Shown: positions 48,903-55,919 of the stretch, in pieces
Layout: every line of letters begins with the position of its first letter
How positions within the stretch are numbered: position 1 is the first letter of the stretch
Assembly (NCBI GenBank): GCA_018725125.1
Contig: QLTW01000001.1
Coordinates: 1 to 57,604 of the forward strand
Reading direction: 5' to 3'
Length of the DNA stretch: 57,604 nt
Source of the DNA: Candidatus Psychracetigena formicireducens
Lineage (GTDB): Bacteria > Coprothermobacterota > HKB111
Program-made: the position numbers and the translations under genes
Notes under the pieces: model-generated
The model's input: only the letters and a program-made list of their open reading frames with translations
The model's database searches: none
What the model was told of the DNA's origin: nothing

Positions 48903-49294
48903 GGAGATTTAAGGGTGTACAAAATGAGAAGAGGTTTTTCTCTTACCCTTAAAGAGAGTCTAATTTTTTTAAATGGTTTTTCGCCATCAGCAATCCCAAA
49001 ATAATCTGGTTCTACTGTTTCAATTTCTTCTATCAACTCCACATCTTCAAACAACTTATAATTTCCTCCATCAATTTCAGCATAAGGTTTATAGAAATAT
49101 TCTTCTAAAATATTTTCTGTTAAAAGGAGTGATTTACCAACAGTATCTATGTTTTTCAAAAGCTTAATATAAGAAGCGGTTATGCTTGTAGATAGATATA
49201 TAAGAATAAGAAACCAGGTTATTGAGATTATTAATTCCATAAGGGTAAAACCCCTACTAAACTCATAATCTTTTTTATTATTTATTTTATTCAA
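48899..49294 (-). CDS. Prepilin-type N-terminal cleavage/methylation domain protein (minor pilin)
   Basis: 131 aa with the SRGFTLMELIISI signal. Confidence 0.7.
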   Translation of the reverse strand: MNKINNKKDYEFSRGFTLMELIISITWFLILIYLSTSITASYIKLLKNIDTVGKSLLLTENILEEYFYKPYAEIDGGNYKLFEDVELIEEIETVEPDYFGIADGEKPFKKIRLSLRVREKPLLILYTLKSP

Positions 49295-49755
49295 TTAGAC
49301 TCCAGGCGCATTCTTCCAGTTACGGGCATTAAAAAAAGAGTTATACTTCTTCCTCTGCTATTGGAAAGAGTGATTGTTCCTGAAGAATTAGGGGAACCTG
49401 TAGGTGTAAATCCAAACCTATAAGATAACGATGCTCCTCTTACTATATTGTATCTTTCAATTATCACCCCTGAGGGTAAAACTATTTTTTTAAAAGATGG
49501 CGAACCTGGAGATATTTGCACAAAATAATAGTTATTATCTTTAGAACTGAAAATAGCTTCCATAACTCGTGAAGAGACCATTGCCTTAGTCTGTAAATGC
49601 CTTAATTCCTGCAGAAGAACCCTGGATGAGTAGTTCATTCTTTCTTCTAAAATAATACCCATTAAAACATTATGAACTGGTAAGGAAAATAATAATATAA
49701 TAGAAAAAACAGTGAGCAATTCAATATAGGTTAAACCTTTAGAATTAAAAGCCAT
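49291..49755 (-). CDS. Prepilin-type protein (GspH/FimT-like minor pilin)
   Basis: 154 aa with SKGLTYIELLTVFSIILL. The C-terminal part ...GTITLSN..GRSITLFLMPVTGRMRL resembles GspH/FimT. Confidence 0.65.
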   Translation of the reverse strand: MAFNSKGLTYIELLTVFSIILLFSLPVHNVLMGIILEERMNYSSRVLLQELRHLQTKAMVSSRVMEAIFSSKDNNYYFVQISPGSPSFKKIVLPSGVIIERYNIVRGASLSYRFGFTPTGSPNSSGTITLSNSRGRSITLFLMPVTGRMRLESN

Positions 49756-49781
49756 AAACCGCTAATTTTAATTTTTTGTTA

Positions 49782-50915
49782 TCAATTTGATAACATTTCT
49801 AATAATTGGATAAACAGAGCTGTTCTATTAGAAATTTCCTTTAACTCAATATATTCATTTTCAGAATGAGCCCCATCACCAACTCCACCCAAGCCATCCA
49901 GGGTAGGTATATTTAAATTAGCGGTAAAATTACCATCGCTTCCTCCCCCGGATAAATCATCTTTAATATCAAAACCCAATTCGCTGGCAATATTTTTTGC
50001 TTTGAGAAATAATTCTGTTATTTTCTCGGTTTTAACCATAGGAGGTCTGTTAATACTCCCTGAGACCGATATATTTATTCCTGTAGTGAAGGGTTTTAAA
50101 GATAATATTTCTTTCTCTACCTTAATAGCCTCTTCAACATTTATAGCCCTTATATCTACCAGAGCCTTTGCTTCAGCAGGAACAACATTTCTCCTGGTTC
50201 CACCACTAATTACCCCTACATTAACCGTTGTTCCGAGTGCATAATTTGTCATAGACTCTAAATGTAATATTTGCAGGGCAAGTTCTTTTATAGCACTTAA
50301 GCCTTGTTGGTGTGCTGCTCCCGCGTGGGACGCTCTACCAGTAACTTCTATTTCAAACATCCCTACGCCTTTTCTTGCAGTTTTCAAATTACCAGGTGGT
50401 TCAGCTGGCTCCAGAACTAGCACCTGCTGGCTTTTTAAAGCTTCTTTCTCAATTATTGACCGTGAAGACGGACTTCCTACCTCTTCATCTGAATTATATA
50501 AAAATACAAACTTTTTATTAAACCTACGATTATTTTCTTTAAAATATTTGATAGCAAATATTGATTGTACTATTCCAGTTTTCATATCAAATACACCTGG
50601 TCCATAAGCTTTATCTCCAACTATTTTAAAAGGTCTCCTGTTACTTTCACCCATAGGCCAAACTGTATCCATGTGGCACAAAACTAAAATCTGTTCCTCA
50701 CCATCTCCATAGACAACTTTCAGATGGTTACCGTAGGTATCCTGTTTGATGACTTCCGAATACACCCCTAAATTATTACAGTAATTATTTAAATAATTAC
50801 CAAAAATATCGGTAGCTGATTTTTCAGTAGTAGGAGAATCCATGTTTACCAATGTTCTCAGCAGGCTCAGGAATTCATCCATATTCTTTTCAAGGTAGCC
50901 GGTCAGATTTCTCAT
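49782..50915 (-). CDS. M20-family metallopeptidase (glutamate carboxypeptidase/CPG2-like)
   Basis: 377 aa with LCHMDTV, NSDEEVGS and SGGGSDGNF motifs. Confidence 0.8.
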   Translation of the reverse strand: MRNLTGYLEKNMDEFLSLLRTLVNMDSPTTEKSATDIFGNYLNNYCNNLGVYSEVIKQDTYGNHLKVVYGDGEEQILVLCHMDTVWPMGESNRRPFKIVGDKAYGPGVFDMKTGIVQSIFAIKYFKENNRRFNKKFVFLYNSDEEVGSPSSRSIIEKEALKSQQVLVLEPAEPPGNLKTARKGVGMFEIEVTGRASHAGAAHQQGLSAIKELALQILHLESMTNYALGTTVNVGVISGGTRRNVVPAEAKALVDIRAINVEEAIKVEKEILSLKPFTTGINISVSGSINRPPMVKTEKITELFLKAKNIASELGFDIKDDLSGGGSDGNFTANLNIPTLDGLGGVGDGAHSENEYIELKEISNRTALFIQLLEMLSN

Positions 50916-50941
50916 TAAAACCTCCAGTATTAATTTCCATA

Positions 50942-51940
50942 CTAAATTATAGGTTCTTTAGTGCTCAGTTTCCTGTAAACATCTTCTGTAATTGGTATAT
51001 TTGAGTTCTCTAATGCCAACAGGTATCCTCCAATTGCAGGGTCAAACTCGGGAAAAACTATCCTGGCCAGTGGAGCTGATAAATGAAGTGATAGAGTTAA
51101 CTTATCAATTAAAGTAGGGTTATTTCCCCGAAAAACCCCACCAACTAAAACCACCTCTACTTCTTCCTTTTCTAATCCAGCTTTGTTTATCAGTTTACCA
51201 GCAATTTTCCCTAATTCTTCACCATGTTTAATAAGAATAGTTTGAGCAATATAATCGCCATCATTGGCAAAAACAAATAACCAGGGAATAAGATTTAACA
51301 AACTCCTAACTTCAGGCCTGGTAAAAGATGGAAACAGGAAAAAACCAAAAACCAACTCTGATAACTCATCATAATTATTTAATCCAACTGTTATTAGCAC
51401 TTCTTTTTCTAATAAGGTTTTTGGTCCTAAACCATCATGAGACCTAAAAGAATGGTGAAGTATATCTTTAACCATACTAAGTGCTCCACCTTCAAAACCT
51501 GTTTCATATCCTAATCCCCTTAAGGTAAACCATTTACTTTTGGGAGTTTTTAGGCATGCGTTTGCCCCAGTACCACATACCAGGGCAACACCCCAACCTT
51601 TTTTGATTCCACCCCGTAAAGCAACCCAGGTATCATTAACTACTTTTAAAGGTAAGCCAGGATATACATCTTTCAATCCGCTACTTAATTCTATGAAGTG
51701 AGCAGGTAAGTCTGCTCCAGCCAAACCGAATACCGCACCATCCAAATCTTTAGACGAAATAGAAGCCTGAGAAGAAGCTTCCTCAATAGTACTTTTTATT
51801 GCTTCTAAAGCCTTTTCCAGACCTATAAGCAGGTAATTAGAAGGAGGGCCTTCGGCTTGGCCGACAATTAATCCCTGTTCATTCCCTATAACCACCTTCG
51901 TCTTAGTAGCTCCACCATCAACTCCTAAATAATAAGGCAT
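50942..51940 (-). CDS. BadF/BadG/BcrA/BcrD-type ATPase (N-acetylglucosamine-kinase-like sugar kinase)
   Basis: 332 aa with YLGVDGGATKTK and CGTGANA motifs. Confidence 0.8.
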   Translation of the reverse strand: MPYYLGVDGGATKTKVVIGNEQGLIVGQAEGPPSNYLLIGLEKALEAIKSTIEEASSQASISSKDLDGAVFGLAGADLPAHFIELSSGLKDVYPGLPLKVVNDTWVALRGGIKKGWGVALVCGTGANACLKTPKSKWFTLRGLGYETGFEGGALSMVKDILHHSFRSHDGLGPKTLLEKEVLITVGLNNYDELSELVFGFFLFPSFTRPEVRSLLNLIPWLFVFANDGDYIAQTILIKHGEELGKIAGKLINKAGLEKEEVEVVLVGGVFRGNNPTLIDKLTLSLHLSAPLARIVFPEFDPAIGGYLLALENSNIPITEDVYRKLSTKEPII

Positions 51941-51968
51941 CTATACATACCTCCCTACAAGTATTTGA

Positions 51969-52709
51969 CTAGGCATCCCATGAATCGGTATTGGCGTGAA
52001 GGTGTAGTGGAGTTAATACCTTAAAAGCTTCTGCTTTTTCCACATCCAGATATGCGCCATATTCCGAAGCTTTAAGTGATAAATACAGAGATAATAGAGT
52101 AAAAACATCCTCGTTAAACTGACTTTTATGACATTTTATAGCCTCTATCTTTCTTTCCCAATAAGATGAAATATCAATATAAGTATTTGGTCGGTGAGTA
52201 GCATAAAAAACTATAAATTTAAGCTCATGAACTGGTGTAGTAGGTTCTAAATGTGGCAGTGAAGAAAAAATAGCAGCTTCGGCACCGGCTAAACCGGTAA
52301 TGACATGCCCCTGATGCGCTTCGTAAGGTAACCAGGGGTCGGGTAAAAAAATCCCTTCCGGTTTATTATTCCTTATAAGATGGATCAGCTGGTTTCTAAG
52401 GCTTTTATGATCAATTACCTCAGAATCTGTATATTCTAAGAAAACATGCTCAGCAATCCCTAATAGACTGGATGCTGATTTTGCTTCTATTTTTCTTATG
52501 TTTGTTAGAACCTCTGGAGAAATGTTTTTATCATAAGTACCATAACCGCCATTGGTTACAGTGATATAGGTTATTTCCATCCCTTTATCTGCCATTTTAG
52601 CTAAAGTGCCCCCAGCAAACAATTCTAAATCATCAGGATGTGGCTGAACAGCTAATATTTTTTTACTTAGCTCTATATCGGGGATTGGCAAAAGGTCTTT
52701 AACTTTCAA
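51969..52709 (-). CDS. PIG-L/LmbE-family N-acetylglucosaminyl deacetylase
   Basis: 246 aa with the AVQPHPDDLELFAGGT zinc-binding motif and HQGH. Confidence 0.8.
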   Translation of the reverse strand: MKVKDLLPIPDIELSKKILAVQPHPDDLELFAGGTLAKMADKGMEITYITVTNGGYGTYDKNISPEVLTNIRKIEAKSASSLLGIAEHVFLEYTDSEVIDHKSLRNQLIHLIRNNKPEGIFLPDPWLPYEAHQGHVITGLAGAEAAIFSSLPHLEPTTPVHELKFIVFYATHRPNTYIDISSYWERKIEAIKCHKSQFNEDVFTLLSLYLSLKASEYGAYLDVEKAEAFKVLTPLHLHANTDSWDA

Positions 52710-54048
52710 GGTATGACTCAGTTTTATTCTTATAAATGGAAAAATACTCTTTCTCTACTTCTATATACTCATCCACTACTTTCCTGGCTATTTTAATTGA
52801 AGGAACCAGGGGGTTTTTGGCTAAGGCTGAAACTAACTTATCGTAAGATGTTTTGCTAACTCCTTCAACAATTTCTCTTTCGTAACTCTTTACCTGGTTT
52901 ATCAATAATTCAATTTCTTTGGGAATATTGTCAGTACTAAATGGCCTAATCAGGTTTTTACCGATATAAACAGGTACTTCTACGATATCATCTGGATTAA
53001 GTCCACAAATAGAACCCTGGTTAGGAGTGTTGACCATAGCAATTTCTCCTCCGAGAGATAATCCTCTAATCACCTTAAGAGCTACCTCTACATAACCCTT
53101 ACCTTCCTCCATTTTAATCCCCGAGTCAATTTCCAGGGAGTTAATTTTCTCTTCGCGTTTGTTAATATATTTATTATACACATCTATTGGAGTCTCGCTT
53201 TTCTCTAACTCTTCAAACAATTTAAGGTTAATATCCCTAACCCTCTCCCCCCTGGTTTGTTGACTATCTTTCATCTCTTTATAGGCTTTATCGGTAAAGT
53301 GATAGTAATAAAGATAGGGATTAGGAAGCATTTCAATTTTTTGAACAAATTCAAGAGGTAACCCGGATAATTTTTCAAAATCCGGGTAATTACTGATGAG
53401 CTTTATTATCGTTTTTAGATAATCTTTTCCTTCTATATAAACCCCTTTTATCCAGCCTAAATGGTTTAAACCAAAATAATCAAGGTATATTTCTTCTTCT
53501 TTCTTTCCTGATATTTTTGCAATAATACCTTTTATGGAACTCGGTACATCACATATTCCCACCACTTTTTGATGGGATGAATGAGTATAAATTGCCTGAG
53601 TAATAATCCCTGAGGGATTAGAAAAGTTTATTAGCCAGGCATCAGGACAAGTTAAATGAATGGACTCAGCTATCTTGAGAACTACCGGGATGGTTCTTAC
53701 TGCCATAGCAAAACCGCCCGGACCCACAGTTTCCTGACCAATTAATCCATATTTAAGGGGAACTTTTTCATCCAAAATCCGAAAATGCTCGCCTCCTACT
53801 CTGATAGTATTGATTACAAATGATGAATCCCTGAGGCAATCTTCCAGATTTTGAGTGTATGGTACTTTTACATCCACCCCTGACTTTATCAATAGCGAGT
53901 TTATTACCTTTCCCATAAGCATCAACCTTTTTTCATCAATATCCATTAAGGAGATTTCTTTTAATCCTAACGTATTAACCAGGTTAATTAAACCCTGAAA
54001 TAATAATGGAGTTCTTGTTCCACCACCACCCAAAATTGCTATTTTCAC
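52699..54048 (-). CDS. Glycoside hydrolase family 4 (NAD/Mn-dependent 6-phospho-glucosidase-like)
   Basis: 449 aa, GTG start after aagaaagaggagag. Has the KIAILGGGGTRTP Rossmann N-terminus, NFSNPSGIIT and GICDVP motifs. Confidence 0.85.
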   Translation of the reverse strand: MKIAILGGGGTRTPLLFQGLINLVNTLGLKEISLMDIDEKRLMLMGKVINSLLIKSGVDVKVPYTQNLEDCLRDSSFVINTIRVGGEHFRILDEKVPLKYGLIGQETVGPGGFAMAVRTIPVVLKIAESIHLTCPDAWLINFSNPSGIITQAIYTHSSHQKVVGICDVPSSIKGIIAKISGKKEEEIYLDYFGLNHLGWIKGVYIEGKDYLKTIIKLISNYPDFEKLSGLPLEFVQKIEMLPNPYLYYYHFTDKAYKEMKDSQQTRGERVRDINLKLFEELEKSETPIDVYNKYINKREEKINSLEIDSGIKMEEGKGYVEVALKVIRGLSLGGEIAMVNTPNQGSICGLNPDDIVEVPVYIGKNLIRPFSTDNIPKEIELLINQVKSYEREIVEGVSKTSYDKLVSALAKNPLVPSIKIARKVVDEYIEVEKEYFSIYKNKTESYLES

Positions 54049-54199
54049 TGTTTATCTCTCCTCTTTCTTTTAATATTAAACTTCAAAATAATCTCATGTC
54101 CTAAATATATTTAAAGTTAAAAAGCCGCATCAATCAAATTTTATTTACTACCTATTAAAGGAGGTCGTTTTTATAGAGATAAGATACCACAAGATGGCG

Positions 54200-54760
54200 A
54201 AAAATGCAAATGAAAAGAGTAGAGAGGTAATAGATGGATCGTTGGTGTAGCAGCTTCCCCTGCCTGCAGCCTAAGTTCTCAGAGGATTCTTGAGGCGGTG
54301 GAAGGGCTGACTTAGGAGGGGGTCTCAGTCTTTTATCAGCGGCGATAGGGTCTGAGGGTGATAATCTATCTGGGAAGAAGAGCATCAAGAACCGTTCAAG
54401 GATGGTCAGCTAGTGGGTATTTCTGCTTGATTTCATATACCATGAGGGTCATAAGATTTTCTGGAAGGTAGCTGGAGATACTCACCCCGCGGTGACCAGT
54501 CTTTCCTAACCTGTACCGTCACAGTAAGGGTTAAACAATAGAACGACGGGGATATGGCTCAAGGAGAGTCGGTGGCACAGCCCCCTTACGGGCAGAGAAG
54601 AAATTCAGGAGAATTTAAGGTGGTAAGGAAATCCCTAAACTCGTTACTGCCTTACTGTCTAATCCCACTGACAGAAAGCTGGTAATAAGATAAGAGCGAA
54701 GGGCAATTACCATATAGCTCTTTGGGTTTGAGTTGATAGAGTGTTATTTTCCCCAACCCG
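54200..54760 (+). ncRNA. Candidate structured RNA of unknown class (GC-rich, ORF-poor, many nested helices). The strand is inferred from G-U pairs
   Basis: See finding 1. The G+C is about 55-60 percent in hand-counted 60-nt blocks against very AT-rich flanks, with at least eight helices readable by eye. I could not confirm a match to any RNA family. Confidence 0.3.
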
Positions 54761-54803
54761 TCATCGCGAGGTTGCTGAAAGCAACCGTGCCGATCTCATC
54801 TTT

Positions 54804-54874
54804 TCCCTCTCTGTCCTCCCTGGCTTGACCAGGGATCTCCCTCTCTGTCCTCCCTGGCTTGACCAGGGATCTCC
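54804..54874. repeat. Tandem direct repeat, 2.1 copies of a 34-bp unit. Each copy contains the hairpin TCCCTGG-cttga-CCAGGGA
   Basis: tccctctctgtcctccctggcttgaccagggatc occurs at 54804-54837 and again at 54838-54871. Identity continues to 54874. Confidence 0.9.
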
Positions 54875-55176
54875 GCTTTTAAAGCCTTACATAAGCTTGC
54901 TATGATGACAGCGATCTTTGGATCTTTGGGGTCAAACCTAAATTATACATTCATCAATTTCTTTTTTATCTTTTGGCATACAATGACAAACATAAATAGG
55001 TAATATGACGATAGTCAAGTCTGACCCCGCTTCTTTATTGAATTATTTCACGCGAATATTTTGGGAAAATAAATAAATCTATGTTAAGTGAAAAATTTAG
55101 CTGCGACCCTTTACGACCCCTCTGTAAATAAATTGAATTGGCCTTATTTTTTATTAAGTGAAGAATGAAGACCTGA

Positions 55177-55782
55177 CCCCATATTACAGGCAAAACCCAT
55201 AGAGCAGTAGATCCTTGTTGTGAGATAATAACGGCAACTGAAGTAACTCCTGGTGATGTTAATGAGGCACACAGGATGGTAGAACTGATGGATGCACATC
55301 AAGATAATACCTTGTATAAGGCAGAGACGGTAGTTGCTGACAACAAATATGTAACCATAGAGAACTATTTATCCTGCCATGACCGGGCAGTAAAGGCACA
55401 TATGCCTGATTTAAAGAAAGCACAAGAAAACAGGTCTATAAAAGAGGGCATATATCGAGATGATAAATTCACCTATGATAGTCAGAGCGATACCTATCTT
55501 TGCCCTGCAGGAGTTAGGTTAAAAAGGAAGTCTCTGCATAAGAGCAGGCAAAGCTTAGATTACCAAGCACCTAAGAAAGAGTGTGCCCAGTGCCTATTAA
55601 GACCACAATGCACCAGAAACAAGAGCGGCCGGACCGTAAAAAGGCATTTACGACAAGCTGAGCTTGACTTGATGCGAACCCAAGCCCAGTTTACGGAAGA
55701 TAGAAGAGACCTGCAGACCCAACAGCCTGACTGCGAGCGTACTCGCTCAGGCAGGCATTTGATGGAAAGAACCTTTTGGTAA
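55177..55782 (+). pseudogene. DDE transposase remnant (IS1182/IS5-like). It is 5'-truncated and also 3'-truncated by the IS21 insertion
   Basis: The frame opens right after a TGA at 55174 and reads PHITGKTHRAVDPCCEIITATEVTPGDVNEAHRMVELMD...VVADNKYVT...FTYDSQSDTYLCPAGVRLK...CAQCLLRPQCTRNKSGRTV...MERTFW. The stop codon comes from the first bases of the IS21 end. Confidence 0.7.
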
Positions 55783-55872
55783 TGGTAAACTGAATTCCTG
55801 TGGTAATGGTAAACAGAATTCCCATGGTAATGGTAAACAGAATTCCCATGGTAATGGTAAACAGAATTCCCA
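55777..55872. repeat. Four tandem 24-bp repeats (TGGTAATGGTAAACAGAATTCCCA; the first copy has 3 differences) forming the left end of the IS21-family element
   Basis: Copies lie at 55777-55800, 55801-55824, 55825-55848 and 55849-55872. The element begins with TG. IS21-family ends are known to carry multiple repeated IstA-binding sites. Confidence 0.85.
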
Positions 55873-55919
55873 TATCATAAAACTCCTGTATGGATATAAG
55901 AAACTTTACAGGAGTGGAA

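Noticed and set aside
54155-54388. 77-aa minus-strand ORF (MMLFFPDRLSPSDPIAADKRLRPPPKSALPPPQ...).
   Set aside because: It has a Pro/Ser/Leu-rich low-complexity composition typical of a chance ORF in GC-rich RNA-like sequence. It has no SD and I recognise no family.
54480-54510. T-box-like string on the minus strand (GGTCACCGCGG versus GGTGGTACCGCG), and generally a riboswitch leader for the GH4 operon.
   Set aside because: The T-box consensus is not matched, the downstream operon is not an aminoacyl-tRNA or amino-acid gene set, and the wobble pairs favour the plus strand.
54540-54600. Possible tmRNA, from a CGACGGGGATA string like the GAUUCGACGGGGAU near tmRNA 5' ends.
   Set aside because: There is no GGGG acceptor 5' end, no T-arm (GGTTCGAATCC-like) or CCA end, and no tag reading frame ending in ..LAA-stop.
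54496-54690. Possible RNase P RNA. On the plus strand ACAGAAAGCTGG resembles the 3' P4 strand ACAGAACCCGGCUUA, ATAAGAGCG resembles GUAAGAGCG, and GGAGAGTCGG resembles GGAAAGUCCGG. On the minus strand AGGAAAGACTGG resembles the 5' P4 strand.
   Set aside because: The best P4-like strings lie on opposite strands or in the wrong 5'-3' order. The universally conserved GAGGAAAGUCC is not intact, and the GGGUGAAA / GGUAAACCCC modules are absent. Only a covariance-model search could settle it.
54761-54800. Group II intron domain V-like hairpin (about 32 nt, GAAA-type loop, bulge on the 3' strand), with the following hairpins as domain VI.
   Set aside because: The lower stem is only 4+2 bp. There is no AGC/CGC triad in the right position, the loop is 5 nt, there is no bulged A in the next hairpin, and I found no GUGYG 5' end upstream.
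54804-54874. CRISPR array.
   Set aside because: Only 2.1 directly abutting copies of a 34-bp unit are present, with no spacers and no cas genes in the window.
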